From Candidatus Pacearchaeota archaeon (GTDB lineage: Archaea > Nanobdellota > Nanobdellia > Pacearchaeales > GW2011-AR1), in contig JBNLCO010000008.1 of assembly GCA_050303855.1 (NCBI GenBank), forward strand, positions 1,236 to 65,235: a stretch of 64,000 bases of DNA. The letters are read 5' to 3'. Every line of letters begins with the position of its first letter. The stretch's first letter is position 1. A model generated the notes under the pieces. It saw only the letters and a program-made list of their open reading frames with translations. It had not been told where the DNA came from and ran no database searches. Of the stretch, positions 26,883 to 36,546 are shown piece by piece. The position numbers were made by a program, and so were the translations under genes.

Positions 26883-27182
26883 ATGAAGAAATCTTGGATG
26901 AGGTTAGGGGTAATTTTAATTGTAGCAATTTTAGTTATTGGTTTAGTAACTTGGGGTTTTGCTACACGTGAAATAAGACACCCAGACAACGCAGGTTTTC
27001 CTACAGATAAAGGTTTAGAAGTTTGTCCAGACCACTGGTATGATAATCAGATGCCTTCATATGAACCAAATATATCTTCAACACAATACTTTGTTCTTGA
27101 TGGAGAAAGGAGAGAACTTAATGAGTTTGATGTTGATTGGGTTATGGACAATTGCGATTTGGAAATTGAAGTTGTCTATTAA
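26883..27182 (+). CDS. small membrane-anchored protein
   Basis: 99 aa; N-terminal TM helix; acidic C-terminal part. Confidence 0.35.
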   Translation: MKKSWMRLGVILIVAILVIGLVTWGFATREIRHPDNAGFPTDKGLEVCPDHWYDNQMPSYEPNISSTQYFVLDGERRELNEFDVDWVMDNCDLEIEVVY

Positions 27183-27250
27183 TGAATAAATTTTCATATA
27201 TGTAATTTTTTGTAAATATATTTATAAACCTAGAAGAATGATACTTTCTT

Positions 27251-27721
27251 ATGAATAAAAAGTTGAGCTTTATGGTTCTTGGTGCATTCTTAGTATTAAT
27301 GTTTGGTTTAGTAAGTGTTAGTGCTGGTTCACCCCACCCAATTGAGAAGACAATTATTGACGGAGTAATTTATCAAGATTCTATTACTAATCCTATTGGA
27401 GGAGCAGATGTTCAGGTAACATGTCATCATAATGGAAACGATTACAGTCAAAGTACAACAAGTGATGAAGATGGACATTATGCTATTGAGTTTAAACCAA
27501 ATAAGTGTGATTATGGAGATGATGTAACGGTTTATGCTCAAAAAGAATCTTTGGTTGGTGTTGACGAAGGAAATGTGGACATATTATTATCGTCTAGTTG
27601 TAAGCTTAAGCTTAATATTGGAATTGTTAATGTTCCTTTAGTTCCAGAATTTGGACTAATTGGTGGAATGATTGCAGTATTAGGATCTTTAGGTATTTTC
27701 TTTGTAGTTAGGAAGAAGTAA
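27251..27721 (+). CDS. secreted surface protein with PEF-CTERM sorting signal (paralog of 19502..19963)
   Basis: Signal peptide; C-terminus 'IVNVPLVPEFGLIGGMIAVLGSLGIFFVVRKK'. Confidence 0.6.
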   Translation: MNKKLSFMVLGAFLVLMFGLVSVSAGSPHPIEKTIIDGVIYQDSITNPIGGADVQVTCHHNGNDYSQSTTSDEDGHYAIEFKPNKCDYGDDVTVYAQKESLVGVDEGNVDILLSSSCKLKLNIGIVNVPLVPEFGLIGGMIAVLGSLGIFFVVRKK

Positions 27722-27800
27722 TGTTTTTCTTATGGCGTGGGAGAGTATTTAAACATTAAAGCTCTTTTTTTAAAATGAGAGAAAATGAACGAATGATGAG

Positions 27801-28226
27801 TTGCTAAGATTGGCGGTAATAACTCTTTTGGTTGCAGGGGTTTTTGGAATATTACAATATTTTGGAGACAAGAAATTTGACAATGTAGAGATGGGCGTTT
27901 TATTAAAGACTGTTTCTTTAATTATGCTCCACACCATACTTCCAATATTTGCATTATACTTGTTGACATTGGGGCTTGAAAATAAATATGGGGGATCGCA
28001 CCATCACTTTTATTTGAGAGTCAAATCTTTCTTTTATAGCTTAGGGATATATTGGACAATTTTTACAATTGTTTTTGTATCTATATTCTATTCTTTCGTT
28101 TGGATTTTGGCGAATCACCCAAATTTCCCTATGAAACTAATTGTGGCTGTTCTTGGGATTGTAGTAATCTTATCTTTTATAATGATTCCAATTCTTATAT
28201 ACAAAGACCAACAAAGATTGAAGTGA
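27801..28226 (+). CDS. polytopic membrane protein
   Basis: 141 aa, four hydrophobic helices. Confidence 0.4.
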   Translation: MLRLAVITLLVAGVFGILQYFGDKKFDNVEMGVLLKTVSLIMLHTILPIFALYLLTLGLENKYGGSHHHFYLRVKSFFYSLGIYWTIFTIVFVSIFYSFVWILANHPNFPMKLIVAVLGIVVILSFIMIPILIYKDQQRLK

Positions 28227-28332
28227 TAATTATTCTAAAACAATAATCTGAGAAAAACAACTATTTCTTATGAAACAATTTTCATATTATCGTCGGAGAT
28301 AAGTTTTTAAATATAATAAACTTTGTTATTGT

Positions 28333-28926
28333 ATGAAGAAAGAGGTTAAGAGTTCTGGGAAAAATAAGGCTCTGCCTTATATAATCGGGGGAGTCTGTCT
28401 CATAGTTCTGATAATTGTAATAGGTGCCTCACTTACCGGTAATGTTGTTAGAAGTGGAGAAAGTAATTCAGGAGAAGACGTTGTCTGTAAAGAAGTTCAG
28501 GTACCTTATGACTATTTAGAGGAGTATCAAGAAACCGTACCTTATACTGATAGAGAATGTGAAAACCAGAAGCTTAGTTACAAGGTCGAAAGAGGGGAAT
28601 GTTTACAAAGAGTTGATAGATTTCTTTATGAGGATGAGCCTGCTAAATATAGTTGTGTAATCTACAATCTTGACGAGGTTGGGGGAACATTTGGAATTAC
28701 TATTGGTTTTAAAGTTGAGGGACAAGTTTTGGAAGAAACTCAGAGTAAGTATATTTATGCACAATCTTCAAACACCTTTACAGTCTCGAGGGATGCTACA
28801 GTTGAAAGTTGTTATTGTCAAGAGGAAGTCCCGACAAAACAGGTTTGTAGAGATGTGACTAGATATAAAGAAGTTACAAAGACGAGAACAGTTGTTAGAT
28901 ATAGAAATGAAGAACAATGTAATTAA
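28333..28926 (+). CDS. N-terminally anchored Cys-rich extracytoplasmic protein
   Basis: 197 aa; TM helix residues ~14-35; 10 Cys; followed after its stop codon by a remnant of PEF-CTERM coding sequence. Confidence 0.4.
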   Translation: MKKEVKSSGKNKALPYIIGGVCLIVLIIVIGASLTGNVVRSGESNSGEDVVCKEVQVPYDYLEEYQETVPYTDRECENQKLSYKVERGECLQRVDRFLYEDEPAKYSCVIYNLDEVGGTFGITIGFKVEGQVLEETQSKYIYAQSSNTFTVSRDATVESCYCQEEVPTKQVCRDVTRYKEVTKTRTVVRYRNEEQCN

Positions 28927-28929
28927 AAG

Positions 28930-28957
28930 TTTAGGTATTTTCTTTGTAGTTAGGAAG
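28930..28957 (+). repeat. 28-nt exact copy of the PEF-CTERM tail coding sequence (tttaggtattttctttgtagttaggaag), out of frame and after a stop codon
   Basis: Identical to 27688..27715 (end of gene 27251..27721, encoding LGIFFVVRK). Confidence 0.45.
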
Positions 28958-28959
28958 CA

Positions 28960-29580
28960 TTAGGACTTCTTATCTAAAACAAAGAAAACATGATATTTAT
29001 TTTCATAAGGATGGATTGTTTTATTTAGATTAAAATTATCTTCAAGCACTCCCTTGATTTTCTTTAAAGGATATCCTCTCTTTCCAATTTCCCAGTAGTG
29101 TTCTCCATCAAATTCATGTTTCTTCCAGAATTTTGGAATATCTATTGATGCATTTAGATCTCGGAATCTTGGTATATTTAATTCAAGACCAAATCTAAAC
29201 CTAGAGTAAGGTAAACTTATTAGGGTTTTATCACTTGAAACCCTTGATATTTCTTTTAGGCTTTGATCAAATTTATTGAAAGGTAAATGCTCCAATACTT
29301 GGAATGCACAAACTAAATCAAAAGAATTGTCTGGGAAAGTCATATTTTCAACCCCTCCGATGTAGTCTGGATCTGTATCTTCTGCAATATCTAATGTTCT
29401 ATATTCAATGTTCTTGTCAGAGAAGTATTTCTTGAGGAAATTTGTTCCTGGACCTATTTCTAATATAGAATTTGGATTTAAAGAGTCAATTAAACCTACC
29501 TGATAATAATATGACATCCATCTCCCTTTATGGACATATTTGCTAAAGTCATAATGATCTTTATTTACTTGTTTTTCCAT
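28960..29580 (-). CDS. class I SAM-dependent methyltransferase
   Basis: 'ILEIGPGTNFLKKYF' motif I; 'DLVCAFQVLEHLP' motif II/III region (Methyltransf_11-like). Confidence 0.65.
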   Translation of the reverse strand: MEKQVNKDHYDFSKYVHKGRWMSYYYQVGLIDSLNPNSILEIGPGTNFLKKYFSDKNIEYRTLDIAEDTDPDYIGGVENMTFPDNSFDLVCAFQVLEHLPFNKFDQSLKEISRVSSDKTLISLPYSRFRFGLELNIPRFRDLNASIDIPKFWKKHEFDGEHYWEIGKRGYPLKKIKGVLEDNFNLNKTIHPYENKYHVFFVLDKKS

Positions 29581-29621
29581 AAAAACCCTATTTTTGAGTG
29601 GTTTTTAAGGATTATGAAAGT

Positions 29622-29819
29622 TTATTTTAATATTATTCGATTATCTTTGGTTACTTCAACTGCCCCGAAGAATTCTAAGTTCTCAATGTGATCCCTTATT
29701 GTTTGCCAATTAGTATTTACTTTACGCTCCAAATATCCGTAAGAACATTCTTTTACTTTCTTTAGTTCATTTAGAACTTCGTTTCTAATCTCTTTGAAGG
29801 TTCTTTTTACCATCCACAA
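29622..29819 (-). CDS. small putative winged-helix DNA-binding protein
   Basis: 65 aa; helix-turn-helix-like 'YGYLERKVNTNWQTIRDHIENLEFFGAVEV'; lies upstream of the glycosylation gene cluster. Confidence 0.3.
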   Translation of the reverse strand: MWMVKRTFKEIRNEVLNELKKVKECSYGYLERKVNTNWQTIRDHIENLEFFGAVEVTKDNRIILK

Positions 29820-29910
29820 TATTGTAGAAACATTTATAAAATCTTATTCCACAATATTGTAGTGTTAATTATGGGAAGGATATATGCATACCCTAGTCAA
29901 GCAAGTAATC

Positions 29911-31125
29911 TTATAGAGAAGAATTTATTTTGGATTCTTTTGATTTTGGGGGTTTGTGTGATCTGTCTGGGATCTTTTTAATAAGGGGTTTAGTTGAAAC
30001 CCTATATTTGTTGTAATTCTCTTCAACTAATTTGAATAGTTTACCTTTGACTGCATCAAAGCTATATTCTTTTATACATTTTTCTCTAGCTTTCTTACCA
30101 AGATTTTTTGCAAATTTAGGATTGTCAAAGACATACTTTATTTTTTCTGCAAGTTGATCTGGTTTTTCGGGTTCCACTATAATTCCGCAACCATCTAAGA
30201 CTTTTGGGATATCTGAGACATTTGTTGAGATTATAGGTTTTCCCATAGCCATTGCATCGAAGAGTTTTGCAGGAATTTGTCCTATAGAAGAATTTGATTC
30301 TCTTTGAGGTATTACAACAACATTTGCAATAGAAAGAAAATCTTGCACTTTTTTAAGGGGTTGTTTTCCAATAAATAAAACATTTTTATTATTCTCTTGG
30401 ATTAATTTTCTTACATAGGAATCTTCTAAATCTGCTCCAACAATGAGCAATTGTGTGTCTCTTCTATTTAGCATCTTAATTGAATTTATCAAATCTTCGA
30501 TACCTTTATGCTTTCTTATTGTGCCAAAGAATAAAACCACCTTTTTATTTTCAATCCCGAGCTTACTTTTAAGATTATTTGTGTTCTTCCTGCAGGGCTT
30601 TATTTTTTGAGTATCTTTGACATGAGGGATAACCTTTCCCCCAAATCTTTTATTTAAAAAAGAATTTGAAACAGTTAAGCCATCTGATTTTTTAACAAGC
30701 TTTTCAAGAACAAAAGTATAAAGTGCATTATTAGGATCCCAAAAATGAGCTAAGCTATAAAGCATGTAAAGAGGGTTATGGTAAAATCCCATCTCCCAGT
30801 CATCAATATCTAATATCAAGGGCACCCTTGTTTTTAATTTTTTTATTAAACCGTAACCAAAACTAGTTCCTTTTGGCTTTATAGCATAGATTAAATCTCC
30901 GTCAATCAAAGAAGATATCTCTTTGAAATTAAGATTTCTCTTAACAAATTTATATTTGATTGATTTATCCTCTTCAACAGGCTCCCATAAACCTTTTTTA
31001 GAGAGGGGTCCAATAATCTCAACCTCATATCTCATTTTCAATATTTTTGCTAAAATATATGCCCTACCAAGACAGTTTTCAGATAAGTCATGAGACAAAA
31101 TAGATACTTTTATTTTGGATTTCAT
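29911..31125 (-). CDS. glycosyltransferase family 4 (GT-B fold)
   Basis: C-terminal 'IPQRESNSSIGQIPAKLFDAMAMGKPIISTNVSDIPKVL' is the E-x7-E / nucleotide-sugar binding region. Confidence 0.75.
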   Translation of the reverse strand: MKSKIKVSILSHDLSENCLGRAYILAKILKMRYEVEIIGPLSKKGLWEPVEEDKSIKYKFVKRNLNFKEISSLIDGDLIYAIKPKGTSFGYGLIKKLKTRVPLILDIDDWEMGFYHNPLYMLYSLAHFWDPNNALYTFVLEKLVKKSDGLTVSNSFLNKRFGGKVIPHVKDTQKIKPCRKNTNNLKSKLGIENKKVVLFFGTIRKHKGIEDLINSIKMLNRRDTQLLIVGADLEDSYVRKLIQENNKNVLFIGKQPLKKVQDFLSIANVVVIPQRESNSSIGQIPAKLFDAMAMGKPIISTNVSDIPKVLDGCGIIVEPEKPDQLAEKIKYVFDNPKFAKNLGKKAREKCIKEYSFDAVKGKLFKLVEENYNKYRVSTKPLIKKIPDRSHKPPKSKESKINSSL

Positions 31126-33542
31126 TTGAAGATTCCTGAACCTCCATTGGAATAGATTTTGTTTTTATTATCTCTTAAGAATTCGTTTGGGAAATTATAT
31201 GAGATTAAATAGTTTCCAAAAAATCCAAATGCTAGAGAATCCAATATGTTTGTTCTTCCAGCGTAAACATAACTAGTTTTGTCTAATATTAGTGCTGAGG
31301 GGAATATATTTTGATCATAATTTCTTCCCAAAATGGGATATTTTGTTGAGAAAATCTTGAATTTTGTGTATTTATCAAGATAGAGCTTCTCGTCAGGCAA
31401 AATATTATTTATAGACCAATAGTTGGAATTGGCTTCATAAAAGGAGACATAATGTAAATCGTATTCTTTTCCATAATTATCAAATCTTATCTGGGTCGAT
31501 GGTCCCCCAATTAAAGAGAAAAGAATGTTTGTAAATATAATTAGATAAAATATAATAAAAATTGTTAAGAGAATATAATTTTTATGTGTAAATTTACTAA
31601 CTATTGTTTGAAAACCAATAACAAAAGGGAAAGATAAAATCATCAATAATTGTTGGTATAATCTATCCACCCCATAGCTTGAGGAAGAAAAAGGAAGAAA
31701 AATGGTAAAAAGTAGTAAAAAAGATGACAAAGCAAATAGGAAATAATTCTTGAAACCTTTAATTTTCAAGAGTATAACCAACCCAATAAAAACAAATAGA
31801 ACACTAATCTGGACTAAGAACTTTTGGAGAGGATATATCTTTGCAAAGATGCCTTTGAATTTACCCGTTTTGTAGGAAGAGAATTTCTCATAAACTGAAT
31901 ACCCTTTAATCTTGTTTAGGGCATCATCCCCTTCTTGTCTGGATAAACTATTTATCAAATTTTGATTATAATTCTCGAGAACTTTTGAAGTAGTTAAAGT
32001 ATTTGTTCTATTTACGAAAGGCAATATATCTTTCCAGAAAGCATTTTCAGGCAAATCTTCTCCAAAGATGTGGTTAAAATTTGATAAACTTTCGTGTGTA
32101 AAATCGATTAACCCCTCAGATACAGGTGTGACTTGGTTATACCACAAGAAACCAAAGAGTAGGAGAAGAACTATTAGTGACCCTGTAAGAATTATCTTTT
32201 TAACATACTTTGAATCGTCCCAAATAGTTGATTTTCTTTTTGATATGTTTGTAAAAAAATTTAATAAATAAAATAAAATTAATGTGAGTAGTGCGATATA
32301 TGCCGTAGAATAGTGGCTCAAAATCATTGAGACTCCAAAAGTTAAGAGGAAGATTTTTGAGTTGACCTCGCGTAATTTTTGGTTAAACATTACCAAGAAC
32401 ATTAGGGCAAGGAAAATGAAGGCTATCTCTTGTCTGGCTGGGAGCAGATCCCAAGAAGTGAATGTGGGTTGAGCAATAAAGAATAATCCGGACAAATAAG
32501 AAATGAACGAATTCTTTGCTAATTTATTCACCAGTAGAAAGATTATTATTCCGACGATAGAAAACAATAAAGGGAAATAAATCCTCAAGATATATGAAAT
32601 TTCCATGTTTGATAAAGAGGATATTATGCTGGGTAAGAGACTCACAGACAACATAAAATTGTAACTATACTTGGTTGAATTTGCACTCCAAAGAGCATTT
32701 GAATTTGTTAAGAGAGATATTTGATGTTCTGTATTCTGATCGCTTCCGGAAATAAACCAACCCCTCATGCTTCCTGTGTAAATCAAAGCTAGGCTTATCC
32801 AATACAATGCCCAAGGCCATATATTCTTGTCTAATTTCTTTCTAAAGATTGTTAGCAGAATGATATAAACAGCTATACTTCCAAGCATTATCATTGTTAG
32901 TATATTTGGCCCATGATTGTTTAGGAAGAAAGCTCCTAAAATTGATAGAACTGGGAAGATCATTGGTATTGTAAAGAATATATTGTTTAGTCTGTCTAAT
33001 TTTAGAAGTGTGAAAGGTTTTGGTTTAAAGTCTTTGTTTCTTTTGTAAGCTACTGAACCAAGAACAATTAGGAAAATATCAAAGCAGATTAGGATTGGAT
33101 AAAGTGAAAGGGGTTTGTCAGTAATACCTATCCAAGGTAAAACCCAATTTACAATTAAACCTGCAAACATGATGAATGAAATACTAAGCCCCACAGTATA
33201 AACTAAATATCCCCAAAACCCAATATTACGTATTTTGAAGCAGAGCATAATTATTATTCCTGGTACACTTACTAAAAACAAGAATCCAAGAATTTGTCTC
33301 AAGTATAAGATATTGAAATCAAAGAAAATTAGCAGATTAATAATTAATGTGAATAATGCTAATCCCAGAAAGATATTCTTTCTGTTAAGAGTAAATAGTT
33401 TCTGACGTTCAAACTGAGGAGAAGGTTCTTCTTCAAAAACTTCTTCTGGAATTTTAAAGAAGTTCTTTATTCTTTGTTTGAATTTACTTGCCTTTTTTGG
33501 CTCTTTCTTTTTTTGATTTTGTTTTCTGGTTTTTCTTTTCAT
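31122..33542 (-). CDS. large polytopic membrane protein, GT-C-like (putative glycan polymerase/transferase)
   Basis: ~800 aa with >15 TM helices and a C-terminal soluble domain; embedded among glycosyltransferase genes; no STT3 WWDYG motif. True start probably downstream of 33542, since the track ORF overlaps the upstream gene by 59 nt. Confidence 0.45.
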   Translation of the reverse strand: MKRKTRKQNQKKKEPKKASKFKQRIKNFFKIPEEVFEEEPSPQFERQKLFTLNRKNIFLGLALFTLIINLLIFFDFNILYLRQILGFLFLVSVPGIIIMLCFKIRNIGFWGYLVYTVGLSISFIMFAGLIVNWVLPWIGITDKPLSLYPILICFDIFLIVLGSVAYKRNKDFKPKPFTLLKLDRLNNIFFTIPMIFPVLSILGAFFLNNHGPNILTMIMLGSIAVYIILLTIFRKKLDKNIWPWALYWISLALIYTGSMRGWFISGSDQNTEHQISLLTNSNALWSANSTKYSYNFMLSVSLLPSIISSLSNMEISYILRIYFPLLFSIVGIIIFLLVNKLAKNSFISYLSGLFFIAQPTFTSWDLLPARQEIAFIFLALMFLVMFNQKLREVNSKIFLLTFGVSMILSHYSTAYIALLTLILFYLLNFFTNISKRKSTIWDDSKYVKKIILTGSLIVLLLLFGFLWYNQVTPVSEGLIDFTHESLSNFNHIFGEDLPENAFWKDILPFVNRTNTLTTSKVLENYNQNLINSLSRQEGDDALNKIKGYSVYEKFSSYKTGKFKGIFAKIYPLQKFLVQISVLFVFIGLVILLKIKGFKNYFLFALSSFLLLFTIFLPFSSSSYGVDRLYQQLLMILSFPFVIGFQTIVSKFTHKNYILLTIFIIFYLIIFTNILFSLIGGPSTQIRFDNYGKEYDLHYVSFYEANSNYWSINNILPDEKLYLDKYTKFKIFSTKYPILGRNYDQNIFPSALILDKTSYVYAGRTNILDSLAFGFFGNYLISYNFPNEFLRDNKNKIYSNGGSGIFK

Positions 33543-34710
33543 TTTGTTTTTCTTGATGTTCTTTTAATACTTTTAATATCACTTTATTTGTCTCTTGAAT
33601 TTGGTGATCTAGGGTAAAATTGTGAATAACTTTTTTATATCCTGCCTCGCCCATTTGTTTAGCTTCCTTAGGATTATTCAATATTTTTATGATTGCTTCT
33701 GCCAAAACCCTTGAATTTCTTGGAGGGACTAAAAAACCATTTACCTTGTCATCAATAACATAAGGAACCCCTCCTATATTCGATCCAACAACAGGTTTTT
33801 TACAAGCCATTGCTTCAATTAAAACCATTCCAAAACTTTCTGCTTCGGAAACTGAGGGCAATGCCAACAGCGAAGAATTATTATATTCTACGACAAGATC
33901 TTTCCCCCTTAAAGCTCCTGAAAACACCACATTCTTAGAAAGTTTTAATTTTTTAACCATATCTTTGTAGTCTTCTACCGCATCACCTTCTCCAATCAAA
34001 TTCAATTTCACGTTGGGAAACTTGCCCCTAACAAAGAGGATAGCCCCTATCAAAAAGTTTATTCCCTTCCACTTGGAAGTTTTATCAATTCTTCCAACAT
34101 AAAGAATCGTTATCTGCTTCAAACGTTTATTTTCTGGTTTAAACAAATTGAGGTCCACACTAGGAGTTATTGTTTGAGATTTTGACTCATAACCCCTTAA
34201 GAAATGCTCCTTTACGAAATCAGAAGTGAATATTATATAAGAAACTCTTTTTAAAATCCAAGGCAAAAATAATTTTTCGTAGAAAAATATAATTAAATTC
34301 TTGAAACCTGCTTTCTCTTTTTTCATACTTCCAGAATGATATTTTATTATAGAGGGTATTCTCTTATTTGAGAGTATTGTGATATCTGAAATAAATGGAA
34401 CTGGGGAATGAGCCATTATAATTGAAGGATTTTCTTTATTAATTATCTCGCTAATTTTCTTTCTCCATCTGAAGCTTATAGGTGTATTTGATATTTTAAA
34501 CTGCCTTGGAAGGCGGTAAACTTTCATTCCTTCAATAAACTCTTCTTTGTATATTTTGTTTTCGTGATTAGAAGTTATTATCACAATTTTATAATTAAAT
34601 TTTTTCTTTAGCCCTTTGTATAGATTGTAAGTGTGTTTCTCGACACCCCCTATCTTTGGATAAAAATACGGAACCACTACTAGAAGTTTTTTTTCATTTC
34701 TTGATTGCAT
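33484..34710 (-). CDS. glycosyltransferase family 4
   Basis: 'SVSEAESFGMVLIEAMACKKPVVGSNIGGVPYVI' E-x7-E motif. Confidence 0.75.
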   Translation of the reverse strand: MQSRNEKKLLVVVPYFYPKIGGVEKHTYNLYKGLKKKFNYKIVIITSNHENKIYKEEFIEGMKVYRLPRQFKISNTPISFRWRKKISEIINKENPSIIMAHSPVPFISDITILSNKRIPSIIKYHSGSMKKEKAGFKNLIIFFYEKLFLPWILKRVSYIIFTSDFVKEHFLRGYESKSQTITPSVDLNLFKPENKRLKQITILYVGRIDKTSKWKGINFLIGAILFVRGKFPNVKLNLIGEGDAVEDYKDMVKKLKLSKNVVFSGALRGKDLVVEYNNSSLLALPSVSEAESFGMVLIEAMACKKPVVGSNIGGVPYVIDDKVNGFLVPPRNSRVLAEAIIKILNNPKEAKQMGEAGYKKVIHNFTLDHQIQETNKVILKVLKEHQEKQNEKKNQKTKSKKERAKKGK

Positions 34711-35710
34711 TCCAAATCCCTCCTAAAACTCCTACACCATAGAATATATGTTCTAACGGATAAAGGAACATTGTCGCAAAATTGTATAACTTTTTGGTAT
34801 TAAAAACTATTTTTATGGAATTGAAGAAAACGAGGGTTAAATATACTAGAATAACTCCAAGATAGATGTCTAACATTAACTGGTTGAACATCCCAAAAAT
34901 AAACCCTCCAATTAAACCTAAAACAAAGAGCGGGGCAATAATTGCAAAGAATCTTATCTTACCAATTTTTCTATAAACATTAATTTGAGCTTTACCATAT
35001 GAATACATTTGTTTAAAGAAATTAGCAAAATTTGGTTCTTGGTGATGATAAATGATCGGGTCTTTATTGAAAACAATCTTATACCCTTCTCTATTTAATC
35101 TCAAACCAAACTCATAATCTTCTCCAACACCCAATTCAGAATATCTCTCTTTTACAACAGTTTCTCTTAAGTATATGGCGTTATAATTTGGAATAGAGTC
35201 GACATATTTCTTTTTTGTTTCTATGAAACAATTGCTGCCTCCTGAACCAAATAGAGTGCCCATAAGATTGTTTAAGACTTTTTCTTTCCAATCCTTCGTC
35301 TCTATTGGTTTCCTTACCCCTCCAACGGCAACCACTTTTGAATCAAGTTCCCTTTCTTTTTCTATGCTCTTAACTAAATTATTTAACCAATTTTTATCTA
35401 CAATACAATCTCCGTCTGTAAATGCAACATATTTTCCTTCTGCATTATCCAATACAAGATTACGGGCTTTTCCATGGGTTCCCTTTTTCCAAGGCTCAAC
35501 GATCAAACGAATATTTTTATTCTTTTTAATTAATTTTTTTATAATAGCTTGCGTTCTGTCGGTTGAATTACCATCAACAACCAAAACCCGATAGCTACCT
35601 TTAGAATATGTTGAATCCAATATCGAGTTTATTGTGTCTTCTATATGCATTTCTTCATTTTTTACAATTATTCCTACTGTAACAAAAGGGAGATCCTTCT
35701 CTTTTTTCAT
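34694..35710 (-). CDS. glycosyltransferase family 2 with C-terminal TM helices
   Basis: 'VTVGIIVKNEEMHIEDTINSIL', 'VVDGNSTDRT', 'FTDGDCIVDKNW' (DxD-type motif); two C-terminal TM segments. Confidence 0.75.
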   Translation of the reverse strand: MKKEKDLPFVTVGIIVKNEEMHIEDTINSILDSTYSKGSYRVLVVDGNSTDRTQAIIKKLIKKNKNIRLIVEPWKKGTHGKARNLVLDNAEGKYVAFTDGDCIVDKNWLNNLVKSIEKERELDSKVVAVGGVRKPIETKDWKEKVLNNLMGTLFGSGGSNCFIETKKKYVDSIPNYNAIYLRETVVKERYSELGVGEDYEFGLRLNREGYKIVFNKDPIIYHHQEPNFANFFKQMYSYGKAQINVYRKIGKIRFFAIIAPLFVLGLIGGFIFGMFNQLMLDIYLGVILVYLTLVFFNSIKIVFNTKKLYNFATMFLYPLEHIFYGVGVLGGIWNAIKK

Positions 35711-35714
35711 TTTA

Positions 35715-36449
35715 CTAGAACCCCATTATGCCCAATTTCTTTACAAACAAATGAGTTGTATTTCTTACAGCATCTTTCCAGCCATCAAGCTTAACTTCTC
35801 CAACACGGGCACGGTATTCAATATCAATCTCTTTACATTTGAATCCTTTCTTGTGTACTTCTATCTTTAATTCTTGGGAGAAAGGCATTCCAGATGATTT
35901 AACATGAAGCTTCTTCCATATTTCTCTTCTAAATATCCACATTCCAGATTGAGAATCTCTAAAAGGAAAACCTCTCCAAAGAATTCTGCAAATTCCTGAT
36001 AAGAAATGGTTACCAAAAACATGACTTGCATGCATGTTTTCTTTGTGAACGTTATGAAGTCTATTTGTATTCATGAAATCTAAATTTTCATTTTCTAAAA
36101 TTTCTAAGAAAGCGTGAGCGTTTTCAAAAGGGTAGGTACAATCTGCATCTCCAGTAATTATATAGTCTCCATGACAGTTTGCAAATCCTGCTTTGTAAGC
36201 ATTACCATATCCCTTTATTGGTTGAACAAATACAGTTGCACCATTATTTCTTGCAAGATGTCCTGTTTTGTCTGTAGAATTATTATCAACCACCACAATT
36301 TCAGTATCATAACCTAATTTCTTAAGTTTGGATATTGGAATTTGATTAATTACCGTCTCTATTGCTTCTTCTTCATTATAAGCCGGGATAATAAAACTAA
36401 CCTTTTTTCTTGAACCCTTATCTAACTTCTTACTTGAAACCTTTTTCAT
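35715..36449 (-). CDS. glycosyltransferase family 2, dolichyl-phosphate sugar synthase-like
   Basis: 'VSFIIPAYNEEEAIETVINQI', 'VVVDNNSTDKTGHLARNNGATVF', 'ITGDADCTYP'. Confidence 0.75.
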   Translation of the reverse strand: MKKVSSKKLDKGSRKKVSFIIPAYNEEEAIETVINQIPISKLKKLGYDTEIVVVDNNSTDKTGHLARNNGATVFVQPIKGYGNAYKAGFANCHGDYIITGDADCTYPFENAHAFLEILENENLDFMNTNRLHNVHKENMHASHVFGNHFLSGICRILWRGFPFRDSQSGMWIFRREIWKKLHVKSSGMPFSQELKIEVHKKGFKCKEIDIEYRARVGEVKLDGWKDAVRNTTHLFVKKLGIMGF

Positions 36450-36546
36450 GAAAATAAACCTTAGAAGTTGTTTATAAATATTGTTGTTCGTAATTGAAAA
36501 GTGACATAAATAACAAGATTTATAAGTTGTAAAATTATCCTCTTAT

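Noticed and set aside
31122-33542. Calling the 800-aa membrane protein AglB (archaeal oligosaccharyltransferase)
   Set aside because: No WWDYG or DK/MI motifs of STT3/AglB are visible; kept as a generic GT-C-like membrane protein.
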